Source of the DNA: Macrostomum lignano | Lineage: Eukaryota | Direction of reading: 5' to 3' | Assembly (NCBI GenBank): GCA_002269645.1 | Contig: NIVC01000040.1 | Location: 992,001 to 1,056,000 of the forward strand | DNA: 64,000 nt | Shown: positions 48,569 through 61,869 of the stretch, one piece after another | Position numbering within the stretch: the first letter of the stretch is position 1 | How the letters are laid out: each line of letters starts with the position of its first letter | Notes under the pieces: model-generated | What the model was told of the DNA's origin: nothing | Seen by the model: the letters and a program-made list of their open reading frames with translations, nothing else | Databases searched by the model: none | Translations under genes and position numbers: made by a program

Positions 48569-51500
48569 TCAGGACCAGAGCCGGAACAGGGCCTTCCTGG
48601 CGGCCAGGCGCTGAGTCACAAAGGACCCGATGATCATGCCAATAGTGACAGCGGCAATAAAAGCGTAATCAAAATCTGCTTTCAACACGTCGAACATTTT
48701 CGACGGTTGCACCCGAGTGCAGAACAGGTCCGTGCCGTGCACAAACAGCAGGCTGGTGGACTCCAGGCCTGTTGGCACAGTCACCATGCCCTCAACCCGG
48801 TGCAGGCTCTGGTTGTAGTTCACTATGGCCTGGGTGGACATCGGCACCTCCGGGTGGTACGGCATTAGGCCCTCCTCCTGGAACTCCGGCGTCATGTCGA
48901 ACGGACGGCGAGGGTCCAGGAATGCCTTGACGAGATGAAGGGAAGAAGAAATTAAGGATGAAGCTTTCTTACCTCTCTCCCTCTAGCCACCTCACTCCTT
49001 GCACCTCCCTCCCTGCACCCACCTCCCTCCCTGCACCCACCTCCCTCCCTGCACCCACCTCCCTCCCTGCACCCACCTCCCTCCCTGCACCCACCTCCCT
49101 CCCTGCACCCACCTCCCTCCCTGCACCCACCTCCCTCCCTGCACCCACCTCCCTCCCTGCACCCACCTCCCTCCCTGCACCCACCTCCCTCCCTGCACCC
49201 ACCTCCCTCCCTGCACCCACCTCCTTCCCTGCACCCACCTCCCTCCTTGCACCCACCTCCCTCCCTGCGCCCACCTCACTTCCTGCACCCACCTCACTCC
49301 AAGCACCCACCTTACTCCCAGCACCCACCTCACTCCAAGCACCCACCTTACTCCCAGCACCCACCTCACTCCTTGCACCCACCTCACTCCTTGCAGCCAC
49401 CTCCCTGCACTTACTTTACTAAGCTCCATAATACCACCAGAACGCAATGCCAATAGCACAGATTTAGCCGTGATGCCTCTCTCAGTTTGGCTAACAGCCA
49501 GATGCTGCACAGGAGCCGGCAGGATGTAGGACTGCTTGCCAACAATAGGCTGCGTAGCGTTCATACAATCGCGCAAGCCGTTACCAGCGAACAGCTCCCA
49601 GACGGACAGTTGAAACCGGCGCTGCTTCTGATTCCATAAGGAGTACACAAGCCAGTGCTCGCTGTGTACAAGGCTTACAGGTCCTGAGCTGTGATGGTGA
49701 GTCGCCGAGGCCACAACGCGGCCAGAAACGGTGTCTATCAGCCAGATGGTGATCTGCCCGAATGGGATGAGTTGGTTGTCACGTAATGAATGAAATTGCC
49801 TACTCAATGACCCTCCTGTAAACTGAATGACCCTCCTATGTACCACATAACCCTCCTATCTACCACATGACCCTCCTATTTACCAAATGACCCTCCTATC
49901 TACCACATGTCCCTCCTATCTACCACATGACTCTCCTATCTACCACATGACCCTCCTATCTACCAAATGACCCTCCTATCTACCACATGTCCCTCCTATC
50001 TACCACATGACTCTCCTATCTACCACATGACCCTCCTATTTACCAAATGACCCTCCTATCTACCACATGTCCCTCCTATCTACCACATGACTCTCCTATC
50101 TACCACATGACCCTCCTATCTACCAAATGACCCTCCTATCTACCACATGATCCTCCTATCTACCACATGACACTCTATCTACCACATGACCCTCCTATCT
50201 ACCACATGACCCTCCTATCTACTACATGACCTTCTATCTGTCACATGATCTTCATATCTACCACATGACCCTCCTATCTACCGCATAACCCTCCTATCTA
50301 CCACATGACCCTCCTATCTACCACATGACCCTCGTATCTACCACATGACCTTCTATCTGTCACATGATCTTCATATCTACCACGACCCTCATGTCTCCCA
50401 CACATACTCTCGGCAACGCCGAAGCCCAACAAAGACTACCTGAGTGTAAGCGTCTCCGATCTGTGGCGCCGGAGTCACCATATCCTTAGCCAGAGTGGCA
50501 ACGGCCAGCAAATTCGGATTCAAATATTTGTACAACACGTGACGATTGCCAAGCACGCGGCCGACTGAGTGCACCTGCTCGGTTGGTCGTCTGGCCGCCG
50601 TGACCAGAATTGGCTCGTGCAGAGCCAGCCGCCAAGTTGATATCGCCGACATCTGCTGCTGCTGCTCCGTCAGGCGGAGGCGATAGCCCTGCGCGATTCA
50701 ATCATCAGTGATTTTTTGAGCTCTGACCTACTTTCAGTAGCACTTATCAACACAGTTTGTAGGATCTAGCTAAAATGACTTTAAATACTCTTAAAACTTC
50801 AAGGACAGTGGGAGATCTGACTCAATCAATCAATCAATCAACCAATGACACTGAGAGACCTGACTCGATCAAGCAATCAATCAATCAATCAATCAAATCA
50901 ACCAATGACACTGAGAGACCTGACTCGATCAATCAATCAATCAATCAAATCAACCAATGACACTGAGAGACCTGACTCGATCAATCAATCAATCAATCAA
51001 CTCAACCAATGACACTGAGAGACCTGACTCGATCAATCAATCAATCAACCAATGACGCTGGGAGACCTGACTCGATCAATCAATCAATCAACCAATGACG
51101 CTGGGAGACCTGACTCGATCAATCAATCAATCAACTAATGACGCTGGGAGACCTGACTCGATCAATCAATCAATTAATGACGCTGGGAGATCTGACTCGA
51201 TCAATCAATCAATCAATTAATCAATCAATTCAACCAATGACACTGAGAGACCTGACTCGATCGATCGATCAATCAATTAATCAATGACACTGGGAGACCT
51301 AAATCAATCAATCAATCAATCAAAAATTAGTCGATCAATCAATCAATCAATCGACTCAATCAATCAATCAATCAATCGACTCAATCAATCAATCAAATCA
51401 AACAATGACACCAAGTCACCTGACTCAAACTAACCTGCAGCAGCCGGTTATCCCTATCGACTGTGTACAGATTAAGCGATTTGAATCCGTGCGGCAGAGC

Positions 51501-54500
51501 AGTCTTGGCCGGATAAAGGGTCACTTGAAGAGTGTCAGACAGCAGCATCAGCGGTCGAATGTACTGGCCATTGTCGTGACTCGGCTGAGGCACAAGCAGA
51601 GCCTGAAGCAGACGCGATTGCAGGCGCTGAGCAAGTCCGATCCCAATGCCAGTTATCGGGTTGAATGAGAACAGCACGGGCCGGCCTGTGCTGGAGTCTC
51701 TGCACAGTACAGTGGCCATCGGTTCCAGCGGGAAATGCGCCGTAGTTCGCTGGATGTACAGCGGCATCTGGCCGCCTGCCAAAGGCTCGATGCGGGCTTC
51801 TGCGGAGGTTTTAATAGTTCGTTGACTATCCAGGGTCTGGAGGGTGTTTGGTTATCCAGGGTTTGGAGGGTGTTTGGTTATCCAGGGTCTAGAGGGTATT
51901 TGGTTATCCAGGGTCCCAGGATGGTTGGTTATCCAGGGTCTGGAGGGTGTTTGGTTATCCAGGGTTTGGAGGGTGTTTGGTTATCCAGGGTCCCAGGATG
52001 GTTGGTTATCCAGGGTCCCAGGATGGTTGGTTATCCAGGGTCTGGAGGGTATTTGGTTATCCAGGGTCCCAGGATGGTTGGTTGTCCAGGGTCTGGAGGG
52101 TGTTTGGTTATCCAGGGTCCCAGGATGGTTGGTTATCCAGGGTCTGGAGGGTGTTTAGTTATCCAGGGTCTAGAGTGGTTGGTTATCCAGGGTCTAGAGG
52201 GTGGTTGGTTATCCAGGGTCTAGAGGGTGGTTGGTTATTCAGGGTCTGGAGGGTATTTGATTATCTAGGGTTTAGAGAGAGTGAATGATTATCCAGGGTC
52301 TGGAGGGCGTTTGATTATCCAGGGTTTGGAGGGTGGATGATTATCCAGGGTTTGGAGGGTGGATGATTATCCAGGGTTTGGAGAGAGTGGATGATTATCC
52401 AAGTTCTGGAGGGTGGATGATTATCCAGGGTTTGGAGAGAGTGGATGATTATCCAGGGTTCGGAGATGGTTGATCATCCAGGGTTTGTGAGATGGTGGTT
52501 GATTATCCAGGGTCTGGAAGGTTGAATATCTATAAATAATTAATCCTTAATTATCAGGCGAACCAACCAGTCCTGGCAGAGTCTGCAGCAGTTCCTTCAG
52601 CAGCAGCGGCGGCAGCTGGCATGGGAATCATCAGTCGCCACACCGATCGTCCCGTGGCAGAATCCAGGGCAGCCAATTTGCCGTCCTTGGTGGCAACGAC
52701 AAGCAATTTGTGCAGATTAAATTCATCGCGGATCAGCGAGCCGGCGCCGCTGCCGGAGCTACTGGCAGCGGAGGCTGGAGGGGCTGGCGCCTCGTCGGGA
52801 TAGCCGAATTCGCCAAGAGAGTCAGCCTGACTGGCGGGCCTAGCGCGCCAACACAACATGAGATGCTGCAGTACGTGAATAAAATGATGCACTTGGCCAC
52901 TTAAGCGCTGGGCAAAACTGGAGAAGACACTGCCGCCAGGGGTCACCAGTTCGTCCTTTAGGAGTCAAAATCAGTAGTTTGATATTCGTTTTAAAATCGT
53001 CTAGGGCGATTCTCAAGATAGTCTCGGGGCGATTCTTAGGATAGCCTAGGTGCGATTCTTAGGATAGCCTAGGAGCGATTCTTAGGATAGCCTAGGTGCG
53101 ATTTTTAGGATAGCCTAGGGGCGATTCTTAGGATAGCCTAGGGGCGATTCTTAGGATAGCCTAGGGGTGATTCTTAGGATAGTCTAGGGGCTGTAGAGAT
53201 CTCTAAACATGGTAGCCTACTAGAAGTATTAAGATAAAATTATGAACACAAATTTAAAAATAGCTATGCGTCATAATCTATTTTTAGTAATACCAGTAAT
53301 ATCACGCAAACAGCGAGTGACTATGCTATTGTCCGAAAAACCGGTTCTCGACATCTATTTTTAGAACTTCCAAATTTGGTACGAGCTAATTGGTAAATGT
53401 TAACCTGAATGTGACCCAAGTCTCACCCTTTTCTATTCAAAAACCCCCACCTGTTAAATAATAAAATTCCTTTCGTGAACTCATCAAAAAACCGGTTTTG
53501 AGCTCAAGGTCGACTTAAGGCCGACAAATTGTGTATAAATACAAACGCAAAATCCGAGCTGAAATCTCAGACTCGGAGCAGCCTCCAAAGATCTTGAAGC
53601 TTGCTGGAACAGCTAAGCGAGGCTACATCTCTGAGGAAATAAATACCGTTCGGTAAGCCCTTGTTCGAGCCTTTGTTATTTGGATTTATTGAGAGCGATG
53701 TTATTGCCGGCCGTTACTGATCAGTTGATTTTATTGAGACTATTGAGTTTGAGGCCTCCCTATTCCTAAGGATTGGATTGGATTGGACCGATTCCGATAC
53801 CCTTAGAGGATTATTGATTTGATCGATTTTGGATTATCCTAGATTAACTGATAGGAGCACACGACTCCGATTCCGTTAGTTCTAGAAGAAGACGCCCTTT
53901 CTGGGGGACCTCGTATTGAAGTTGATTTGTTATTAGGGCGCATCGTTGATATTGATTTCTGCACTCGAGGAAATACTGCAACGTCGATTTTATTGTTACG
54001 CTCTCGCTTTCGGTTGATTTTCGACTTCAAGAAGAAGTCTAAAATCAACCCCGGGAGGAATAGCTCTACGGACACGCGCGACAAAGAAGAGGAGCCCGCA
54101 ACAGTAAGTGATCACTGATTTTGTTCATAGGCTTAAGTGTCTGGAAGTGGGAGTTTTCGAGTGACTGATCACCACTCGATCAAACTCTTCAGGGCGATTC
54201 TCAGCATAGTCTAGGGGCGATTCTCAGCATAGTCTAGGGGCGATTCTCAGCATAGTCTAGGGGCGATTCTCAGCATAGTCTAGGGGCGATTCTCAGCATA
54301 GTCTAGGGGCGATTCTCAGCATAGTCTAGGGGCGATTCTCAGCATAGTCTAGGGGCGATTCTCAGCATAGTCTAGGGGCGATTCTCAGCATAGTCTAGGG
54401 GCGATTCTCAGCATAGTCTAGGGGCGATTCTCAGCATAGTCTAGGGGCGATTCGCAAGATAGTCAGCCCACCTCATCAGCGGATGGCAGATCCACAGCTT

Positions 54501-57500
54501 CCACGGACACAATACCCGCCAGGGACTCCTCTCGCATCCATTGCCTTTCGCCAGTATCGTCGAAAGCGTGCAAATCGGCGTCCCTAGTTGTCATGACAAC
54601 CCGATAGCCGTAGCTGCTGCCGCCCTTGCGGACAAAAGTGACCGGATAGAGTTGAGAAACTCGGCCGTGATGACTAGCAAAGCTCAGACTGATTTTATTC
54701 GAAGCTACTAAGCTGCTTGACGAGCTCGCTTCGAGGGTGACGCCGCCGCCACCGTCGCCCTGCTGTCTCAGCAGGAATCGAACCTGGCCCCGATAGCGCA
54801 ACAGGGAGCCGGCTGGCAGCGATTCCCCAGTCGGGCCGGTTGCTAATGACGCGTCAAGCATAGCAACAACAGCGCCGCTATTAGTAGTCAGCTGGAACAG
54901 ATCCTGCCCGCCAATTTCTTCAACCGACTGCCAGGGCCCGGCGTGGCCAAGCTGCTCCACTAGGCTGGGCGGCAACTGCGGTTTAAATTAAAAAAATATG
55001 CGCTTTTCATCTACTATAAGTAGAAATGTGCGAAAAACAATGATTAATTTGTATTGTCTTTTTACCGGTTTAAAATCCGAGCCAGAGGATAGAGAGAGCA
55101 GCCTGACCGAGCCGGCGGGATCTAGACAGGCCAGTGTGCTCACAGAGATGGCGCACCTTGAAAATAGGGATATTTGATTGTGAGTGAAAATGGGGATATT
55201 TAATTGTGAGTGAAAATGGGGATATTTAATTGTGAGTGAAAATGGGGATATTTGATTGTGAGTGAAAATGGGGATCAATGGGGATATTTGATTGTGAGTG
55301 AAAATGGGGATATTTAATTATGAGTGAAAATGGGGATATTTGATTGTGAGTGAAAATGGGGATATTTGATTGTGAGTGAAAATGGGAATATTTAATTGTC
55401 AGTGAAAATGAGGATACTTAATTGTCAGTGAAAATGGGGATATTTAATTGTCAGTGAAAATGGGGATATTTAATTGTCAGTGAAAATGGGGATATTTAAT
55501 TGTCATGGGAAATAGGGAGATTTGGCATGAAAATGAGGATTTTAAGATTAGTACTCATAACAGTGTGAAGATTTACCGTTGCAGAGAGGTCAGCCACTCT
55601 GCCTTAACAGTGGCAGTTCTCTTAGCAACGCCGCTCTCGGCGCCAAATTGGTGCAGGCGCATTTTGCCAGCCGTCGGGTCAAAGGTCACCACGGTCAAGC
55701 CGTCCGGATTCGGGAATGACGTCACCTCGGAACTGAATGAGCGGTTAGGGGTTAGGCCATGTACACTGTCTGTGCTTTGAGGGTTGACATCTTTTAAATT
55801 ACCACAGGAAAACGCTATCTATATTAGAAACCGTGTATCAATAAAAGTACACGGAGATCTTTCTCGTTCACCACTCACTGGTTTTCACCAGAGCCAGCAT
55901 CTAGATTGGCCGCCCATTCCAGCGCGCCAGTTAGCGGCGCTACGGCAACCAGACGACGCGCTGTGCTGGCGAAGACAAGTGACCGGTCGTCGTCGGGATC
56001 CTCGTGACAGGTCAGGGTGCCTCTGGTTGAGTGTGCGGGGAGAGAAGTTCTTTGAGAGAGCTTTAATATACTGGAGTATAACTGAATTTGGACTACCGAC
56101 ATAAGAAATAGCGATGAAAGTTCGGAACTGTCGAAATTATCGAATTTCTACTAATGCCAGCGAACATTCGTTAAGGATTATCAAATCATCACGAAGGATT
56201 AGGGAATCGTGGTGAGGGATTATCGAATCTTGCTGAGGGATTATTGAATCTTGGTGAGGGATTATCGGATCTTGCTGAGGGATTATCGAATTTTGTTGAG
56301 GGATTATCAGATCTTGTTGAGGGATTATCGGATCTTGTTGAGGGAATATCAGATCTTGCTGAGGGATTATCGGATCTTGTTGAGGGATTATCGGATCTTG
56401 GTGAGGGATTATCGGATCTTGCTGAGGGATTATCGGATCTTGCTGAGGGATTATCGGATCTTGTTGAGGGATTTTCGGATCTTGTTGAGGGAATATCGGA
56501 TCTTGCTGAGGGATTATCGGATCTTGGTGAGGGATTATCGGATCTTGGTGAGGGATTATCGGATCTTGGTGAGGGATTATCGGATCTTGGTGAGGGATTA
56601 TCGGATCTTGTTGAGGGAATATCGGATCTTGCTGAGGGATTATCGGATCTTGCTGAGGGATTATCGGATCTTGTTGAGGGAATATCGGATCTTGCTGAGG
56701 GATTATCGGATCTTGGTGAGGGATTATCGGATCTTGGTGAGGGATTATCGGATCTTGGTGAGGGATTATCGGATCTTGGTGAGGGATTATCGGATCTTGT
56801 TGAGGGAATATCGGATCTTGCTGAGGGATTATCGGATCTTGCTGAGGGATTATCGGATCTTGTTGAGGGAATATCGGATCTTGCTGAGGGATTATCGGAT
56901 CTTGGTGAGGGATTATTGCATATTGATGAAGGATAATCGGATACTAACGAAAATGATCTAATTTTATTAGAAAATGGTATTATTTTGAATATACTTTTTA
57001 TGCTAAAAATTACTGACTAGAAAAAATGGGATAATATCCATATTTTAGTAACAATAAATTAAAAAATAACTCACGCAAATTTTGCTTCCAGCTGCTCTTG
57101 AACGGAAATTTCGTAATTCAAAATTCCACGGCTAGTGCTCCAGGAGCGGAGCAGCCCGTTGGACATGGAGAACAGAGCTGAAGCAATAAATCATAAATGG
57201 GATTTGATTATTCTTTTAGGCTGAACTGTTAAAATGGTAAGATGATATAATTCTCTTCTTGTGTGTCCCGGTTCTCTTCAGAATGTATCTGCCAGCTATC
57301 CCATTGTCCTTCAAAGTGTCTCTGCCAGCTATACCATTGTCCTTTGAAGTGTCTCTGCCAGCTATCCCATTGTCCTTTGAAGTGTCTCTGCCAGCTATCC
57401 CATTGTCCTTTGAAGTGTCTCTGGCAGCTATCCCATTGTCCTTTGAAGTGTCTCTGGCTGTTTTCCGAAGCAAAACAAGCACCGGTGCCTGTACCTCCAT

Positions 57501-57721
57501 CGCAGAGTTTAATTCCATTAACCGGGGCATCCTCTAAGAAGTGTCGCCAGATAATCCGACTAGACTTGAGCCCAATAGCGGCCAGCACATTGTGGTCCGT
57601 GGCAACAAACAGTCGACGAGACGAGGAACCGCCCTGAAGCTGCTGACTGCGCTGTTTAGTGGTGGTACCAGCCGGCAGATCAAATTCCAGGTGCTGGACA
57701 CGGCCAACAAACTGGCGAGTC
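48569..57721 (-). CDS. EMC1: ER membrane protein complex subunit 1, 11 exons in window, 5'-partial
   Basis: Exons 57721-57495, 57177-57075, 56022-55879, 55732-55577, 55156-55066, 54975-54472, 52955-52568, 51799-51435, 50688-50440, 49753-49415, 48925-48569 with consistent phases. Motifs RQFVG, LFVATDHNVLAA, MREESLA, RDEFNLHK, QRTTAHFP, VHSVGRVLGNRHVLYKYLNPNL, TERGIT, LDPRRP, TGLESTSL, PSKMFDVLKADFDY plus a C-terminal TM. The signal-peptide exon was not found downstream of 57721. Confidence 0.93.
48985..49410. repeat. 18-bp minisatellite, EMC1 last intron
   Basis: Unit cctccctccctgcaccca. Confidence 0.95.
49810..50390. repeat. 20-bp minisatellite, EMC1 intron
   Basis: Unit atgaccctcctatctaccac. 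Confidence 0.95.
50810..51395. repeat. Compound minisatellite: ~27-bp core plus variable (AATC)n, EMC1 intron
   Basis: caatgacactgagagacctgactcgat followed by (caat)n. Confidence 0.92.
51827..52520. repeat. ~26-bp minisatellite, EMC1 intron
   Basis: Unit ttatccagggtctggagggtgtttgg. Confidence 0.95.
53005..53190. repeat. 23-bp minisatellite block A, EMC1 intron
   Basis: Unit gggcgattcttaggatagcctag. Confidence 0.92.
54190..54460. repeat. 23-bp minisatellite block B, EMC1 intron
   Basis: Unit gggcgattctcagcatagtctag. Confidence 0.95.
55165..55505. repeat. 26-bp minisatellite, EMC1 intron
   Basis: Unit gtgagtgaaaatggggatatttgatt. Confidence 0.95.
56205..56915. repeat. 21-bp minisatellite, EMC1 intron
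   Basis: Unit gagggattatcggatcttg(c/g/t)t. Confidence 0.97.
57285..57460. repeat. 33-bp minisatellite, EMC1 intron
   Basis: Unit ctgccagctatcccattgtcctttgaagtgtct, about 5 copies. Confidence 0.93.
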
Positions 57722-58537
57722 CTGCCGATTTTGTCACGTTTTTTTGTTTTAAACAATTTAAACATTTTAGTAGCCTTATTAGCAGTGGTTAGGAAGGCAA
57801 TAGGGGAATAAATCTACTTGAATAAACTACATGGTGCTTCTGGTCCATTACAGTCACTATTTTTTAGTTTCTTAATGAAAATGATGTTTAAAACAAAAAA
57901 TTTATCTACCCTAAGATAGCAGCACCCTTCCTTTAAGCCATTGGCCTAACCCCAACTCCTTCAGTGTCCTCATATTCTCCCATGAGACATAGCAGCTCAG
58001 CAATTCACAAATTTTTAAATAATTAGGAATAAAATATTTAGTATTATAACAATAGCTCTATTAAATCACTGTTAATCAAACACATTGTTTATAGAAAAAA
58101 CATATCCTATTATTTTAAGCCACTTTCTTAAATTCAATTGCAGCTTGTTCAAGTGCCAATGTCAACAGAGAATGCTAAAGGATAATGGTCAGTCTGGAAA
58201 GTGTAACATTACCAAGTCCCACCTCAAACCACAAGGTTCAAAATGCAAGTGTGGGAATGCATACTATATGCATCTAATCTGTGTTGAAAGTAGCACATGT
58301 CATGTTTGAATTTTATTATACTGTAAAATTTTTTACTGGAGAGAAAATAGTTCTTTTGATATCAAATTCAAGCTGAATATCCAACTACTGCTACTAGTGT
58401 TATCTCTGGCAAAAAGTATCCAGTGAGGCATTGCAGTTTTTTGTTAAGGCTACTATAGAAAATTATGTGTTAAATCCAGTTTGATAAATCTATTGCTCAG
58501 TTTGGAGCCAAAACATGCTCTTTTTGCTATTCATAGG

Positions 58538-58604
58538 TTAGCAAAATGGGCGCCCATGCCTTCCTGCTGTGTCCCCCCCCGGGACAGCCCTGCAGCTAAG
58601 TAAA
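58538..58604 (+). mobile_element. 67-bp extreme 3' remnant of the same LINE as at 19.7-20.5 kb
   Basis: Aligns to 20433-20495 (shared gctgtgtcccccc-gggacagccctgcagctaagt) and is flanked by a perfect 12-bp TSD GCTATTCATAGG (58526-58537, 58605-58616). Confidence 0.88.
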
Positions 58605-61600
58605 GCTATTCATAGGCATTCTATAGAGAAAGAAAAAAGGATTGTCTGCACAATAACCCACTATATATCCTTGAGTCTAAAAAGTTTCAATGCCAAGTAT
58701 GCATACATTTTCTGGTGGCTGTATTCAGAAAATTTTGGCTATATCCCTAACAATATTATAAATATACAGCAGTGATCACATACAGCTGCTGCAAGTGCAA
58801 ACCATGCTCAAGGAAGAAAAGTGGGCTCTTGTTCATATTGGTGCAACAGGGGGTCTGGTTGCTCAGCCAACATTGGAGCCTGACTAGCAGTTATTGCTCT
58901 GCAGTCTTATAGTTCAAGATACAAATGTCATTGTGATATCTGTTGCTAATGCTAAGCTGGCAAAGATGAAACAGAAAACATCAAACTCTTTCTGAGCTCA
59001 TTTTTAAGGACTACTCTCACTTCTGTTGAGATAGTATCTAGAAGGTCAGGCAAGGTGCCAGAATATTTGTCTTAGACCTTAAGCTAAGTGCAGATTCACT
59101 AGGTGCTTCATAGTGCTTCATACCTTTGGGTAGTAGACATTTTATTCATTGAACTAGAATAGTCAACATTTCTGATATGATGCACATTTTGTTCTGTCCT
59201 TTGCATAGTTGATCCTAAAAAGAGTCATCAATGCTTGCAAGACTTTTTAACAACAGCCCGTGATAGCTTTTAGACATTGTCAGTAATTAGTAGAAGTTGA
59301 GCAATCTTTAGCTCTACAATAAGCATAGTACCAATGGTACCTATGAGAATGTGACACAATATTAACAGAGGTGCAAGATAGATGATACTGGAGACTTTAG
59401 TTTAGAGTTAGATAAATAGAGTATCATATCCAGTAGGCAATTTATTGCCATCATCATCTCTTGGTAGTCTTTTAATATATTTTTCTAATAAATATGACAC
59501 TGGTATAGCCCTTTGCATAGTTCAAAATATTTGGCTGCCTTTAGTCATATTTCATTTCATATACTACTAAAACACAATGGTTCTATTGTTTTTGGCCTTT
59601 ATTTACTTTATGTGATGGTTTTTCTATTTTCTTGACATTGATCCAAAGTGTTAGGTATTCTATTATTTGGACCCCTTGGTAAAGAATAGGCTTAGGGTAA
59701 CACTTCTGCAATACTGTTAAGTATATCACTAGTCAACATATAATCTATTAACTATATACATATAAAATTTCAAACTCAGACTAGTGTTGCACAAGGATGC
59801 TATTATTTTAAAAGTATTTTATTATAATAATTTGATTTTTTCCAACTGAAGACCAATTAGGGCCATTACTAAAAAAAGAGTTTTTAGATTCTTACAATGC
59901 ATGCTTGCAGTGGTTTCAAACTATTATACTATGTTTATACCCTGTAAATTAATGAGATTTGAAGTTTCTTAAAGAGATCCTTTTTGCAAGAGCTCTAGTA
60001 ATACTTGTTAGTATTAAATTTTTACTGGTTTTATTACATTTTCAAATAATACTTGAAGCCAGGAGAATTGCAACATTTGTCAATAGCTATTGCACTGAAT
60101 AATGAATTTGTGCCATCTCAGAGAATGCCATTTAAGCCACTTGACTAGAGAATCTAGTCAGTCTGAAGTAAAAACAAGATAAGCATCTATAACTAGACAA
60201 CATATAAAATGAATATAAAGGCTAGTATTAGCAGCAATATACACAGGCACAGCATAGCCAGCTACTAATGTATTTGCTAATCAACTTGCTGCATATGGAA
60301 ACAAGCTTGGCTAAGATGCATATGAGTCCAATCTTTAGCTCTATGACATATTATAGCTTGTATATATATTTACATTGATGCAACATTCATATAATGCATA
60401 TTATCTTTATTTGTAAGAGTAGCTGCTCATGCAAAATGATTTTTAACACCTAAAGTGAGCAAAGTATATTCACTTGGCAATTAAACTGCATCATTATTTG
60501 ATGGTTTTAACTCTGAGATGCCATTGATTATTTGTACAAATTCAATGAACTGCTATACTATTAGAAGCTACACTGAATTACAACTTTTAACCTCTGCTAT
60601 TTTATGTGTAAACTGGCTCTTTGTGAATAATTTCCTATGGAAATAAGTTGCCCACCCTGACTGCCTGGCAGCCAATATGCATTTGTGAAAAACTGACGTG
60701 GATTTCAATGGTTTTTAGCAAATAAATTTTATGTATATTAATGTTATTTAATTTATATAATACCATTTATTTATTCTATTTATATAAATAAATGCATATT
60801 CAAATGAATTAATCAACAATGCAATATACCAATTTCCTAATTTGTCAACAATGTTGATAGCATCAATAGTGCCCATGCCCATGATATTAATTTTTGTTGA
60901 TAAACTTACAGCCACTTACTGCTATAATTTTATTTGTAACCATTATTTATTTTAGCATTTTTATCACTGCCTATTTAACCACATTTACAAATTTACAATT
61001 AACAATCTATTAAAACTTATCAATTCTTCCATGGAATCTACTAAGGTATTTATTATAAACTGAATAGAAACAACAATTCTTAAAGACTATAATTAATATA
61101 TGCACAATAAAAGATCATCAATCTAAGTTATTAAAATTATTAAAAACCAAATCATAGGCTATACCATGATTAACAAAAGATTAAAAATAACTAGGAAACA
61201 AAAAAAATCTTCTTTAACTTGATCCACTATGGTAGCCAAGTCCTGAACTGTGCAGGGCATCTTTTCCTTTTCTTATACTAGACCATGTCAATGCGCTAAA
61301 CTATGCCTACACTACTGGACTAATCCATGCCAGACATGATCTATAATAATAGCTAATGGCTACAATAGGAATATGATCTTATAGTTCTAGTTAAGTTAGG
61401 CCTAGCATCAAGATGATTGATAACTATTTTGTTTGTTGCTAGTATGTTTACCACTCTTTTTTTCTGCAAAACTTAGAGGTTGGACAAGTAGAAAATTTTT
61501 GGTTGGGCATAAATTTTTTAAAATTTTTAATATTAAGTATGATTGTAATTGTGAATTTATATTTATAGTAATACAAAATCTGAATTATATTCCTGCAAAA

Positions 61601-61869
61601 TTCATGCCAAAATGGACACTACTCTCAAGTTAACAAATTTAAATGTGCTAAAATTGTTTGTAAGTTATCTTGTTTGTCTGTTGTGGGTGTTTATAATAAG
61701 AAATATTACAAGTTAACCTCAATAATTTTTTCATGTTTAGCATTATTACATTTGGCAGTCATTATCTCCTAACTCAAGTTATCTAGATTTATCCCCCATT
61801 TCAAAATAAAAAAATTGGTCTTTTTCTATTAAGTTGATGGAAAAGAAAATGCTACTACTTGATAAAAAT

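Noticed and set aside
50810-51395. CRISPR-like look (constant core with variable spacers)
   Set aside because: The spacers are just (AATC)n, the array lies in a eukaryotic intron, and there are no cas genes.
56244-56961. 230-aa leucine-rich heptad ORFs
   Set aside because: A 21-bp minisatellite inside an EMC1 intron on the opposite strand.
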